DNA from: an uncultured Nitrospinaceae bacterium
Lineage (GTDB): Bacteria > UBA8248
Reading direction: 5' to 3'
Assembly (NCBI GenBank): GCA_964005815.1
Contig: CAXFSR010000023.1
Coordinates: forward strand, 44,196 to 108,195
Length of the DNA stretch: 64,000 bases
Position numbers and translations under genes: made by a program. A model generated the notes under the pieces. It was not told the origin of the DNA, did no database searches, and saw only the letters and a list, made by a program, of their open reading frames with translations. This document shows, piece after piece, positions 19,953 through 30,146 of this stretch (its first letter is position 1; each line of letters begins with the position of its first letter).

Positions 19953-22403
19953 TTGTCCGAAGACAAAGAAAAAAAAGAAATTGTAAATATAGAAGATGAG
20001 ATGAGCACCTCTTTTATGGAATATGCGATGAGCGTGATTGTCTCTCGGGCCTTACCGGATGTTCGCGATGGACTGAAACCAGTTCATAGAAGAATATTGA
20101 CTACATTAAACGATCTTGGTCTTTCTCATAACAAAGCTTACAGAAAGTGCGCAAAAATATCTGGGGATGTAAGTGGAAATTATCATCCTCATGGAGAGGC
20201 AGTTGTTTATCCAGCTCTTGCAAGAATGGCCCAAGACTTTTCACTTAGGGGTTTATTGGTAGATGGACAGGGAAATTTTGGTTCTATAGATGGAGATCCT
20301 CCGGCGGCCATGCGTTATACAGAAGCAAGAATGACAGAATTAGCAGAAAGAATGCTTTATGACATAGAAAAAGAAACGGTTGATTATATTCCTAATTACG
20401 ACAATACCAGAACAGAACCCTCCGTTCTTCCCTCAAGAATTCCAAATCTTCTTTTAAACGGTTCTACAGGAATAGCCGTTGGTATGGCTACAAACATCCC
20501 CCCTCACAATCTCAGCGAACTCTGCGACGCCCTTATTTTGGTTTTAGATAAAGAAAATATCGAAATTAAAAAAATCTTAGAAGTTATGCCGGGTCCTGAT
20601 TTTCCCACTGGTGCGATTATAAACGGAAAAAAGGGAATAGAAGATTATTATTCAACTGGCAGAGGTTCTTTGCAATTAAGGGCAAAAGCATTTGTGGAAG
20701 AAGATGAGAGAACTGAAAGAGAGTCGATAATAATTACCGAAATCCCCTACACGGTTAATAAGGCAAGGCTAATCGAAAAAATTGCGGATCTTGTAAGAGA
20801 GCAGAAAATAAAAGATATTTCGGATATACGAGATGAAAGTGATAGAGATGGAATGAGGGTGGTTATTGAGTTGAAAAGAGGAACCATAGGAGAAGTTGTC
20901 CTTAATCAACTTTATAAATCCACTCAAATGCAAATGTCTTTTGGTGTAATACTTCTTGCTTTGGTAAACAATCAGCCCCAAGTAATGAATATTATCGATG
21001 TTCTTAATCACTTCCTTCGCTTTAGAAGAGAAATAGTCTTAAGAAGGACCAGGTTTGATCTTAAAAAAGCTGAAAACAGGGCACACATTCTAGAAGGTTT
21101 CTTGATTGCCCTGAAGAATATTGACGCTATTATTAAACTTATTCGAGGAAGCCAGACACCAGAAGAAGCGAAGAGTGGTTTGATAGAAAAATTTTCATTA
21201 ACGGAAATTCAAGCACAAGCCATTCTTGAGATGCGTCTTCAGAGACTAACAGGACTAGAACAAGAAAAAATTGAAAAAGAATTTGCAGAATTAATTAAAA
21301 CAATTAAAGAGTTGGAAAAAATCCTTTCCGACAAGAAAAAACAAACGAAAATCATAAAAGAAGAATTATTAGAAATTAAAGATAAGTTTTCTGATGAAAG
21401 ACGAACTTTAATTCAAGACCAAACAGGTGACATATCTTTAGAAGACATGATCGCCAAGGAAGACATGGTCGTTACAATTTCAAATACAGGATATATCAAA
21501 AGAAATCCCATAGCTCTATATAGGTCTCAAAGAAGAGGAGGAAAGGGGATTGTAGGAATGGGGACAAAAGAAGAAGATTTTGTCGAAAGTCTCTTTGTAG
21601 CGTCAACACATGATTATTTGCTTTTCTTTACAAACAAAGGAAGGTGTTACTGGCTTAAAGTTCACGAAGTGCCACAAGCAGGGAGAACAGCAAGGGGGAA
21701 ATCTATTGTTAATGTTTTACGTCTTTCGCAAGACGAAGAAACTACGGCTATTTTGCCAATACGGGAATTTGAACCAGATAAATATATAGTTATGGCAACA
21801 AAAAAAGGAGTTTTGAAAAAAACCCAACTTACTGCTTATAGCAGGCCAAGATCTTCTGGAATTATTGCATTAAATCTAGACGATGAAGACGAATTAGTGA
21901 GTGTAGGGCAAACTACCGGCAGTCAAGAAATTTTTATTGGAACACGAAAAGGGAAAGCAATTAGATTTCCGGAGGAAAAAGCAAGGCCCATAGGAAGAAC
22001 AGGCAGAGGGGTTCGAGGTATTACCTTAGGAGAGGATGACGAAGTTGTTGGGATGGAGGTAGTTTCGCCTGGAGAAATAATTTTAACAGTTACAGTTTTG
22101 GGTTTTGGTAAACGAGGCCGAATTGATGATTATAGAGTAACAAACAGAGGCGGAAAAGGAGTTATTAATATCAAGGTAACGGAAAAAAACGGACAGGTTG
22201 TTGGAATTAGAAAAGTGACCGAGAATGACGAGTTTATGCTTATCACAACGGGCGGGCAACTTATTCGTTTACGTTCTACAGATGTTTCAATTATAGGACG
22301 GGCCACACAAGGCGTAAGACTTATTAGGGTTAAAGATGACGATTCTGTCTCAGGGCTTGCTAGAATTGAAGAGGACAACAATCTTAAAGATTGTCTTTTT
22401 TAA
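19953..22403 (+). CDS. gyrA: DNA gyrase subunit A
   Basis: RALPDVRDGLKPVHRR, YHPHG, AAMRYTE, GyrA-box QRRGGKG. Confidence 0.98.
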   Translation: MSEDKEKKEIVNIEDEMSTSFMEYAMSVIVSRALPDVRDGLKPVHRRILTTLNDLGLSHNKAYRKCAKISGDVSGNYHPHGEAVVYPALARMAQDFSLRGLLVDGQGNFGSIDGDPPAAMRYTEARMTELAERMLYDIEKETVDYIPNYDNTRTEPSVLPSRIPNLLLNGSTGIAVGMATNIPPHNLSELCDALILVLDKENIEIKKILEVMPGPDFPTGAIINGKKGIEDYYSTGRGSLQLRAKAFVEEDERTERESIIITEIPYTVNKARLIEKIADLVREQKIKDISDIRDESDRDGMRVVIELKRGTIGEVVLNQLYKSTQMQMSFGVILLALVNNQPQVMNIIDVLNHFLRFRREIVLRRTRFDLKKAENRAHILEGFLIALKNIDAIIKLIRGSQTPEEAKSGLIEKFSLTEIQAQAILEMRLQRLTGLEQEKIEKEFAELIKTIKELEKILSDKKKQTKIIKEELLEIKDKFSDERRTLIQDQTGDISLEDMIAKEDMVVTISNTGYIKRNPIALYRSQRRGGKGIVGMGTKEEDFVESLFVASTHDYLLFFTNKGRCYWLKVHEVPQAGRTARGKSIVNVLRLSQDEETTAILPIREFEPDKYIVMATKKGVLKKTQLTAYSRPRSSGIIALNLDDEDELVSVGQTTGSQEIFIGTRKGKAIRFPEEKARPIGRTGRGVRGITLGEDDEVVGMEVVSPGEIILTVTVLGFGKRGRIDDYRVTNRGGKGVINIKVTEKNGQVVGIRKVTENDEFMLITTGGQLIRLRSTDVSIIGRATQGVRLIRVKDDDSVSGLARIEEDNNLKDCLF

Positions 22404-22409
22404 CTAAAA

Positions 22410-23696
22410 ATGAAACCTATTTCATATCTTTCGTTTATAATTCTTACGTTCCTTTTTTTTGGATGTTCGATAGAACAAAAACTTCCCGCAAAAACTACAG
22501 CAAAAGAAACAATAATACCAAATCAAAAAACTACAACAAAAGAAGAAAAAATAGCACAACAAAAATCTAAAAAAACTCAAAACCTAAGCCTAAAAGGTGA
22601 GAGAGAATATAGAAGGAAAAATTACAAATCTGCCGAAAAGTTTTTTGATAAAGCACTTAGTATAGATCCCGAAAATTTACACGCATTAACAGGAATCGGG
22701 TGGACGCTTTATGATTCAAGACAATTTAAGAAAGCCTTAGTTTTTTTTAAAAAAGCAAACAACAGATACCCAAAAGACAACAGTGCAAAGCGGGGGTTGG
22801 CCTATCTTTTTTATCGAATTGGAAAATTGTCAGAGGCAGAGAAGTTGTTAGGAAAACTTGATAGAAATAAATGGCCAGAATTGACACAGATTGATTTAGA
22901 AAAAAATTCTTCGGTCGGCGAAATGGACTTAAATGTAAAAAAAACCTTATTTAAAAAAAAGGGAGTGTCTAAATATCAAGGATTAGGAAACAAAGGAAGT
23001 GATTTGATAATTCCACAAAAATCGCCTGGTTCAAACATGGTTTTAATTACTGGAGGAGTGTTTTATTTTTCAACAAACAAAAGATTTTTGAAAAAGAAAA
23101 AAAGAAAAAAAGCCAAAGTAAAATCTTTTTTAATGGATAAGTTTGAAGTTACGAATTCCCAGTATGCAATGTTTGTAAAATCTTCGGGTTATCCAGAGCC
23201 TCCATTTTGGGATAGTGAACAATTTTCAGGTGCGCATCTTCCCGTGGTTGGCGTTTCCTGGATTGAAGCGAAGGCTTTTTGTTCTTGGGTAAAAAAACGA
23301 TTGCCAACAGAAATTGAGTGGTCTTACGTGGCACAGGGTGGGCAAAGGCAAAGGATATATCCCTGGGGCATGAAATTAAAACAAAGAAATGCTATTTTTG
23401 GTTTGGATTTAATTACCGGTGGTCCTAAGGCGGTAGGAAGAAGACCACAAGGAGCTAGCATACATGGTGTGGAAGATTTAGCTGGGAATGTATGGGAATG
23501 GGTGCAGGAGAAGTATAATACAGGCAACAAAAAAATTTATTCTACGAAAAAAGAAAGAATTGAATTTAGAGTTCTAAAGGGTGGCTCCTGGGCGAATGGC
23601 TCCTGGGCTTTAAAAAACTTTAATCGCACTGGCGATTTAGCAAATAGAAAATTGCCCGTTTATGGTTTTAGGTGCGCTAAGAACAACACAAATTAG
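22410..23696 (+). CDS. Lipoprotein with TPR repeats and an FGE/SUMF1-like domain
   Basis: Lipobox FFGC, TPR helices, EVTNSQY, PVVGVSW, RLPTEIEW, DLAGNVWEW, GFRCAK. Confidence 0.85.
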   Translation: MKPISYLSFIILTFLFFGCSIEQKLPAKTTAKETIIPNQKTTTKEEKIAQQKSKKTQNLSLKGEREYRRKNYKSAEKFFDKALSIDPENLHALTGIGWTLYDSRQFKKALVFFKKANNRYPKDNSAKRGLAYLFYRIGKLSEAEKLLGKLDRNKWPELTQIDLEKNSSVGEMDLNVKKTLFKKKGVSKYQGLGNKGSDLIIPQKSPGSNMVLITGGVFYFSTNKRFLKKKKRKKAKVKSFLMDKFEVTNSQYAMFVKSSGYPEPPFWDSEQFSGAHLPVVGVSWIEAKAFCSWVKKRLPTEIEWSYVAQGGQRQRIYPWGMKLKQRNAIFGLDLITGGPKAVGRRPQGASIHGVEDLAGNVWEWVQEKYNTGNKKIYSTKKERIEFRVLKGGSWANGSWALKNFNRTGDLANRKLPVYGFRCAKNNTN

Positions 23697-23717
23697 AGTT
23701 CTATAAGGGGCATTGAA

Positions 23718-24152
23718 ATGCGAATTCTTCTGTTTATTTTTATTGTTTTTTTTGTAGCACAAGGAATTAGTTTTGCTGAAAACAAAAACTTGAAACAGAG
23801 CAATACAGAAAAAATGGAAGAAAAAAACAGAGATACTGGAACTAATTTGCATTTAATTGTCACAATAACAATGCCGTCTGGAAAGCTTGAAACTTTTGGT
23901 TCGGAAATAAAAAAAATGGAAATAATTTCACATGAAGACGGTGAAATTGATATGATACATCTGGTTCTGGGAAGCAATAAAATTGAAAAAACTCATGTTT
24001 GGTATAATTATGACATGATCTCAAAGCTAAGTTACAAATTTATTACAGAAAAGGGACAAAAAATGGTCCATGTTAAAATTCTTCAGCCCTCCCCTCTTAA
24101 CAAAGAGTTGAAAAAGCCTCTTAATCCGTTAGATCCGATGGAATATCGTTAA
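23718..24152 (+). CDS. Hypothetical secreted protein
   Basis: Signal-peptide-like N-terminus (…GISFA); co-oriented with the operon. Confidence 0.65.
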   Translation: MRILLFIFIVFFVAQGISFAENKNLKQSNTEKMEEKNRDTGTNLHLIVTITMPSGKLETFGSEIKKMEIISHEDGEIDMIHLVLGSNKIEKTHVWYNYDMISKLSYKFITEKGQKMVHVKILQPSPLNKELKKPLNPLDPMEYR

Positions 24153-24190
24153 AGAAGAATTTTTTCATTTCTTTCAAAAAGGAAAAAATA

Positions 24191-25081
24191 TTGAGTGATA
24201 CCTACGAAAACCCAGAAATTTTATTGAATCCAAATGAACTCAGCGAGTTAATTGGTGATCAAAAAAGTTCGGATCTTATAATTATTGATACACGACCAGC
24301 CCCTGATTTCTGTAATTCTCATATAGAAGGCGCTGCTCATCTTGATTTGTATGGCATTTCTTTAAATGATACCTCCCCTGCGCCTCTTAAAGCATTTACT
24401 TGGATGCTAGCTTATTTAATGGAAATAAGAGGTGTTGATTATGATAAGAAAGTTGTTTTTTATGAAGAAAATTCTGGAATGAGATCAGCCCGGGGTTTTT
24501 GGTTCCTCGAATATTTAGGCCATGAAAACGTTCATATTTTGGACGGTGGCATTAATTCATGGATGAATGAAGGTTTGCCAGTATCTTCTGATCCTTGGCC
24601 TTTAACAGGAAGCTTTCACGATGAAGATTCAGGGAATATAAAAGCTATAATTCGTACTTCTTTCACAGAACATTTAAAAGCAACGGACAATACAAAAATA
24701 GCTACAGCTGATTATATTTTAAAAAACATGGATCGAAACGATGTAGCGATACATGATACTCGTTCTAAGGGTGAATTTTATGGGGAAACCATACGAGCTG
24801 CACGAGGTGGCGCAATTCCTAATTCAATTCATTTAGAGTGGCTTGATTTTGTATCTGATGAAGGTTTTGTAAAACCAGCACAAGACCTACGTTTTATGTT
24901 GGAAGAAAAAAAACTAACAAAAGAGAAAGAAATCATTCCGCTTTGTCAAGGCGGATATCGTTCTGCTTATGCGTATCTCATATATCGTTTACTTGGCTAC
25001 TCGAAAGTAAGAAATTATATTGGCTCTTGGAAAGAGTGGGGCGATAGAGAAGATTTGCCAATTATTAAACCAAAAAGATAG
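24191..25081 (+). CDS. Tandem-domain rhodanese/sulfurtransferase
   Basis: HIEGA, LDGG..SW, LCQGGYRS active-site loop, NYIGSWKEW. Confidence 0.9.
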   Translation: MSDTYENPEILLNPNELSELIGDQKSSDLIIIDTRPAPDFCNSHIEGAAHLDLYGISLNDTSPAPLKAFTWMLAYLMEIRGVDYDKKVVFYEENSGMRSARGFWFLEYLGHENVHILDGGINSWMNEGLPVSSDPWPLTGSFHDEDSGNIKAIIRTSFTEHLKATDNTKIATADYILKNMDRNDVAIHDTRSKGEFYGETIRAARGGAIPNSIHLEWLDFVSDEGFVKPAQDLRFMLEEKKLTKEKEIIPLCQGGYRSAYAYLIYRLLGYSKVRNYIGSWKEWGDREDLPIIKPKR

Positions 25082-25084
25082 CTC

Positions 25085-26359
25085 TTGGTTTTCATGCTCA
25101 AATCAAACTTCAATTCTCCAAAAGCAGAATCAAAATTTTTTACAGCAGAATTTCCTGGTGTTGGTGGAAAAATAAAAATCAAAGCTGAAGATTTTGTAGT
25201 AGAGGAGATTTTAATAGATCCTCCGCTAGGAGAAGGAAATCATTTTTATTTATTTTTTGAAAAAGTTGGCATTAACACGGTTGATTTAGTCAGAATATTG
25301 GCAAAAATATTTAATATTTCTGAATGGGGCGTTGGGTATGCTGGGAGAAAAGATTCAAACAGTTATTCTAGGCAATGGTTTTCTGTGTCTTGTTCTCATA
25401 AAGAATTTCTTAACAAAAAAACAGAACTAGAAAATCTAAAAAATAAAAACTGTGTTTTTTTGTGCTTTAAAAAAGGGCTTAAAAAACTACGAAGAGGAGC
25501 ACTAAAGAGCAATAAGTTTCAGATTAGGATCAGGGATGTTTCTCCTTTTGCCCTAGAAAGATCTAGAGAAATAATCGAATATCTAGCTTCTAATAAATTA
25601 CCAAATTACTTCGGTCCCCAAAGATTTGGTGTACATGGAAATGTGGCTAATATTGGAAGGTTTTTATTGTCTAAAGATTATAATCTTGCCATTTCCTCTT
25701 TGGTTGGAGAAAAAAGATTAGAAACTGTAAAAAACTTTGAGAAAACCAGATTAAATGAAGCTATTAGAAAATTCGAAAAATCTGATTTTGTCGGAGCGAA
25801 AGAGCTTTGGCCAAATTCATGGATAGCAGAACGGAGGGTGCTTACTTCTTTGGCAAAGGGAAGTTCAAACGAAAAAGCAATTAAAGCTTTGCCATTTCTT
25901 GAGCGTAACTTTTTTGGATCTGCGTTTCAGTCCCAATTGTTTAATGAGTGTCTTTCTCTACGTTTAGAGTTAGGTTATTTTGATTCTTTATTTGAAGGTG
26001 ATGTTGCTCTTTCTAATAATTTTTCACGGCCGCAATTAATGAGGAACAGTGAAGAAACAGAGAAAAATAGGACAGATTTATCTGTAAGCCCATCTGGTCC
26101 AATTTATGGAAAGAGAATGTTAAAACCTTTTGGAACTGAACTAGAGATTGAAACAGCCGTTTTGTTAAAATATGATTTATGTTTAGATAATTTTATATCA
26201 AATCTTACAGATCTTCGGTTAAAAGGTGGGAGAAGAGCTTATAGAGCTGATATTTTAGACTTTGAAGTTAGGTCTACAGACAAAGATCTTTTTTTAAAGT
26301 TAGAACTTTCAAAAGGCGCATTTGCAACACAGGTCTTAAAAGAAGTTATGAAAGTATAG
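25085..26359 (+). CDS. truD: tRNA pseudouridine(13) synthase TruD
   Basis: EDFVVEE, YAGRKD, NKFQIRIR, PNYFGPQRFG, GAFATQVLKE. Confidence 0.92.
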   Translation: MVFMLKSNFNSPKAESKFFTAEFPGVGGKIKIKAEDFVVEEILIDPPLGEGNHFYLFFEKVGINTVDLVRILAKIFNISEWGVGYAGRKDSNSYSRQWFSVSCSHKEFLNKKTELENLKNKNCVFLCFKKGLKKLRRGALKSNKFQIRIRDVSPFALERSREIIEYLASNKLPNYFGPQRFGVHGNVANIGRFLLSKDYNLAISSLVGEKRLETVKNFEKTRLNEAIRKFEKSDFVGAKELWPNSWIAERRVLTSLAKGSSNEKAIKALPFLERNFFGSAFQSQLFNECLSLRLELGYFDSLFEGDVALSNNFSRPQLMRNSEETEKNRTDLSVSPSGPIYGKRMLKPFGTELEIETAVLLKYDLCLDNFISNLTDLRLKGGRRAYRADILDFEVRSTDKDLFLKLELSKGAFATQVLKEVMKV

Positions 26360-26424
26360 TTGTTTATATGTAGACTTTTATATTAAATACATAAAGTTTT
26401 TGTTTTTTTGTCGGGAGAGTTTAA

Positions 26425-27327
26425 ATGAAAGTTTTTATAGCAGGTGGAAGCGGTTATATAGGCAGAGTTTTAGTGCGCCAGTTATCTTTGGCTGGTCATG
26501 AGTGTAGAGTTTTGTGTCGGAACCCAGAACTAGAAAGACAACGTTTAGCTGGAGAAAAAAATGTATACCCTGTGAGAGGGGATATAGTTGACTACTCTAC
26601 AAATCAACTTGCAAAGCTGATCGATAAAAGTGATGCGGTAATTAATTTAGTAGGCATAATCATAGAAAAAGGAACTGCTGGTTTTGAAAAGGTTCATGTA
26701 GAAGGGACGAGAAAATTAACTCTTGCTTCTGAGGAAGCAGGAATACAGCGGTTTATTCAGATGAGCGCATTGGGAACAAGAGACAATGCTGTTTCTAGAT
26801 ATCATAAAACAAAATGGGAAGCAGAACTGTTAGTTAGAAATATGAAGCTTGATTGGACTATTTTTAGACCCTCGATTGTTTTTGGAGAGGAAGATGAGTT
26901 TATTAACGTATTCGCAGGTATGGCTCGTTTTCTTCCCGTTTTACCTCTAATTGGAGGTGGGCATGGCAAATTACAGCCTATATGGGTAGAAGATGTATGT
27001 CACTGTTTTGTTAAGTCTTTAAGTATGCCTGAAACTTTTGGAAAGACTTTCGATCAGGGTGGCGAGCACGCTTTGTCTTTAAAAGAACTTATGAAGCTAA
27101 TAGTTGGAGCTATGGGAAGAAAAAGATTTTTGGCGCCACTTCCGTTTCCAGTTGCAAAAATTCAAGCTAAAATTTTTAATTTGCTTCCTATAAAGCCACC
27201 ATTTACAGAAGATCAAATTACTATGTTAAAAGAGGACAATATTTGCAATTCATCAGAAATGAAGGATGTTTTTAAAATAAAACCACTTTCTGTTAATACG
27301 TATCTAGAAAGAAAATTCGGAAAATAA
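26425..27327 (+). CDS. NAD(P)-binding atypical SDR (complex I NDUFA9-like family)
   Basis: GGSGYIG, AVINLVGI, MSALG, YHKTK, QPIWVEDV. Confidence 0.85.
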   Translation: MKVFIAGGSGYIGRVLVRQLSLAGHECRVLCRNPELERQRLAGEKNVYPVRGDIVDYSTNQLAKLIDKSDAVINLVGIIIEKGTAGFEKVHVEGTRKLTLASEEAGIQRFIQMSALGTRDNAVSRYHKTKWEAELLVRNMKLDWTIFRPSIVFGEEDEFINVFAGMARFLPVLPLIGGGHGKLQPIWVEDVCHCFVKSLSMPETFGKTFDQGGEHALSLKELMKLIVGAMGRKRFLAPLPFPVAKIQAKIFNLLPIKPPFTEDQITMLKEDNICNSSEMKDVFKIKPLSVNTYLERKFGK

Positions 27328-27328
27328 T

Positions 27329-28435
27329 TTAAATTTTAAACAATTTTTTCTGATCCTGTATGTAATCAATAATCTTTTTTTGGGCGCTTGAAATTCCTTC
27401 TTCTAAAAGACCATCTTTTTCAACCCATTTTCCCTCTGATACTTTTGAATCCATTGAATTTACGGAAACTTTAAAAACTACAAATAAAATCTCAACATGG
27501 GTGAGGTGTATTTTTTTTTCAATAATTTTTTTAGTGGAAATGTTTTTCCCCACAAAGAAAGAACCTAATTTATCTTTCTTTTGTTTTTGTGAGCAGTCAA
27601 GAAAATGTCCTTCAACTTCCCAGCCAGGCAGTTCCCAAAGACCTTTAAAAAGTCCCTTATTTCTTCTTTTTACCATTAAAAATTTTCCATTGTACTCTGC
27701 AAAAAACTGGAAAAATGTTTTTAATTTTCTTTCTTTCTTCTTCTTTTTTTTAGGTATTAGTAAAGATGTTTTATTCTTATTTGACAAACAATTGCTGATA
27801 ATTGGACATAATTCACAATGAATTTTTTTTGGTTTGCAAATTTCAGATCCTAAATCCATAACCGCTTGATTAAAATCCCCAGGTCGTTTTTTAGATATAA
27901 TTTTATTTGCACATTCTTCAAGATATTTTAAAGATTTTTTTGTGTCGATTTGTCCTTGAAAGTTTAATATTCTGGATAAAACTCTAATCCAATTAGCATC
28001 AAGAGCAGGAATATTTTCATCAAACGCAATACTCCCTATTGCAGCAGCGGTATAATTTCCTATACCGGGAAGTTTTTTTAAGTTTTCTTGTTGTATTGGA
28101 ATTCTGCCTTTGTAATCTGTAAGAATTATTTTTGCAGAAAGATGAAGATTCCTTGCTCGACTGTAATAACCAATCCCTTGCCATTCGTTTAAAACTTCGC
28201 CAATTGAAGCATTTGCAAGAACTTTTATAGAGGGAAATCTATTTAAAAAACTAACATATCTTTCCTGTATGAATTTTACTCTAGTTTGTTGAAGCATTAT
28301 TTCAGAAATCCAAATTCGATAGGGATTTTTGTTTTTTCTCCAAGGAAGATCTCTTTTGTTTTGATCGTACCAAAGTAAAATATTTTTTCTAATTAACGTA
28401 TGATTTGTATATTTATTTGATTTATTTTTTTTCAT
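27329..28435 (-). CDS. mutY: A/G-specific adenine glycosylase MutY
   Basis: RDLPWR, WISEIMLQQT, LPGIGNYTA (HhH), FeS motif C-X6-C-X2-C-X5-C. Confidence 0.95.
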   Translation of the reverse strand: MKKNKSNKYTNHTLIRKNILLWYDQNKRDLPWRKNKNPYRIWISEIMLQQTRVKFIQERYVSFLNRFPSIKVLANASIGEVLNEWQGIGYYSRARNLHLSAKIILTDYKGRIPIQQENLKKLPGIGNYTAAAIGSIAFDENIPALDANWIRVLSRILNFQGQIDTKKSLKYLEECANKIISKKRPGDFNQAVMDLGSEICKPKKIHCELCPIISNCLSNKNKTSLLIPKKKKKKERKLKTFFQFFAEYNGKFLMVKRRNKGLFKGLWELPGWEVEGHFLDCSQKQKKDKLGSFFVGKNISTKKIIEKKIHLTHVEILFVVFKVSVNSMDSKVSEGKWVEKDGLLEEGISSAQKKIIDYIQDQKKLFKI

Positions 28436-28481
28436 TTTTTAAATGTGTTTTTAATTTTTTAGCGTACCCTATGGAGAGAAA

Positions 28482-29639
28482 ATGTTCCAAATGAAAAAAG
28501 TTCTCTTTTTTGTTTTCATTTTCTTCTTTCTGTTCTTTAGTGATTCTTTTATCTCTCTTTCAGATGCAGCAAAAGGAAGAGTTATTGGAATCATTATGAG
28601 TTCAGGGAAAGATCAAAACAAATATAGTTTAGATATTAGGGATTCAGTCATTTTTCAAATTCGCAAGTTGAACCAAAAGCTTGAATCGAAAAAACAAATC
28701 TCCCTTGTTTTTATTAAGGCAGGAAAGACAGCAGAGTCTGCAGCAGAATCAGTACAGCTGCTTTATCTTAAACACAAGGTTTTAGCAATAATTGGGCCCT
28801 CTCAAATAAGCCAGGCAATTTCTTCTGCAAAAGCTGCAGAGAACTTAGGGGTTCCATTTATTTCACTTTCTTCTTCTGAGGGATTGAATGATGTTTTGCG
28901 TAATTGGGCATTTTCAATTGCACCTTCTGCATCTTTAGAAGTTGATTTGTTGCTTAATTTTCTTGAAGAAAGAAATTTTAGAAAAATAGCCTTGTTAAGT
29001 TTTCCAAAAAAAAATGCTCTTGAAGCAAGAAAGCAAATTTTTTCAAGGTCCCCCGAAAAACAGATTTCAATTTTATCTGACAAGGTCTTTAAATTAAAAG
29101 AATATAACTTTCATTCTTATCTTAATTCAAAGAAAATAGAATCATCTGAGGCAGTTGTCCATTGGACGGCTAATTCTTCAAGTTCTGATCTTATTAAAGC
29201 AAGTTTGACCTATAATGGGAATCAACATTTTTTTGTTCTTGGCCACGATTCTTTTGATCGCAGTAATTTTAAAGGTATTGATGTAACCAGGCCGATCTAT
29301 TTTATCGTGCCTAAATTTTTTACAGAACCTTTTTTGCCAAGCTTCTATGAATATAAAAAGCAAGTTTTGCGATTTTATATTAATTTTGAATATCAATTTG
29401 GGCGCAAACCATCGATTTATGCAGCAAGATCCGTTGACGCAATAAAAATCTTGTCTTCTGCCATTTTTGAGTCTTCAGGAAAACGAAAACTTATCTTGGA
29501 GCATCTAAAGAAGGTTAAAAAATTTAGCGGGCTTTCAGGAAATTTTAATTTAATGAAAAACAAGAATCATTTAATTGCCGACGCATATGCAATCCTCCAT
29601 TTTCAAAATGGAATCTGGAACCTGGAATCGTTTGAATAA
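28482..29639 (+). CDS. Divergent periplasmic binding protein, type 1 (LivJ-like)
   Basis: Signal peptide, VLAIIGP, GVPFISLS, FSGLSGNF. Confidence 0.65.
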   Translation: MFQMKKVLFFVFIFFFLFFSDSFISLSDAAKGRVIGIIMSSGKDQNKYSLDIRDSVIFQIRKLNQKLESKKQISLVFIKAGKTAESAAESVQLLYLKHKVLAIIGPSQISQAISSAKAAENLGVPFISLSSSEGLNDVLRNWAFSIAPSASLEVDLLLNFLEERNFRKIALLSFPKKNALEARKQIFSRSPEKQISILSDKVFKLKEYNFHSYLNSKKIESSEAVVHWTANSSSSDLIKASLTYNGNQHFFVLGHDSFDRSNFKGIDVTRPIYFIVPKFFTEPFLPSFYEYKKQVLRFYINFEYQFGRKPSIYAARSVDAIKILSSAIFESSGKRKLILEHLKKVKKFSGLSGNFNLMKNKNHLIADAYAILHFQNGIWNLESFE

Positions 29640-29677
29640 GTTTAATTAAATACTTGACAAATTATCTATTATAGTGA

Positions 29678-29704
29678 TTAATGCGACTAGTTTGGTCGTA
29701 TTAA
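29678..29704. promoter_or_regulatory. Putative IscR type-1 operator / isc promoter region
   Basis: Inverted repeat TTAATGCGAC-TAGTTTG-GTCGTATTAA with a GACT-N5-GGTC core; TTGACA at 29654-59. Confidence 0.7.
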
Positions 29705-29711
29705 ACAGGAG

Positions 29712-30146
29712 ATGGTTTTGCTTGCATTCACAAAACAAACTGATTATGGTCTGATGGCCTTGCATTATCTTGCAACCCACTTTGAAAATGATAGCGCTAC
29801 GAATGCTAAGACTATAGCACAGGCATGCGCCTTGCCTTCTGAGTTACTCGCCAAAACAATGCAATTGTTGGCTAAGAAAGGACTTGTTGAATCGAAAAAT
29901 GGTCCAAAAGGGGGATATGTTTTAGCAAAAGAGCCAGATTCAATTACGATTGCAGAGGTTGTAAGGGCAATAGAGGGACCGATTGCCATAACAAGTTGTC
30001 AGATTGCAGGTGCCGATGACTGCAAACAATACAGAAATTGCTCTATTTTTCATCCTATGGGGCAACTTCAAGGGAGAATAACTGAATTACTTGAAGGGAT
30101 GACTATTTTCGATATGGCCGGTATGCCGGCGGGAGAAATAAAATGA
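29712..30146 (+). CDS. iscR: Rrf2-family Fe-S cluster regulator (IscR-like)
   Basis: [18 protein letters not shown], three C-terminal Cys; first gene of the isc operon. Confidence 0.85.
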   Translation: MVLLAFTKQTDYGLMALHYLATHFENDSATNAKTIAQACALPSELLAKTMQLLAKKGLVESKNGPKGGYVLAKEPDSITIAEVVRAIEGPIAITSCQIAGADDCKQYRNCSIFHPMGQLQGRITELLEGMTIFDMAGMPAGEIK

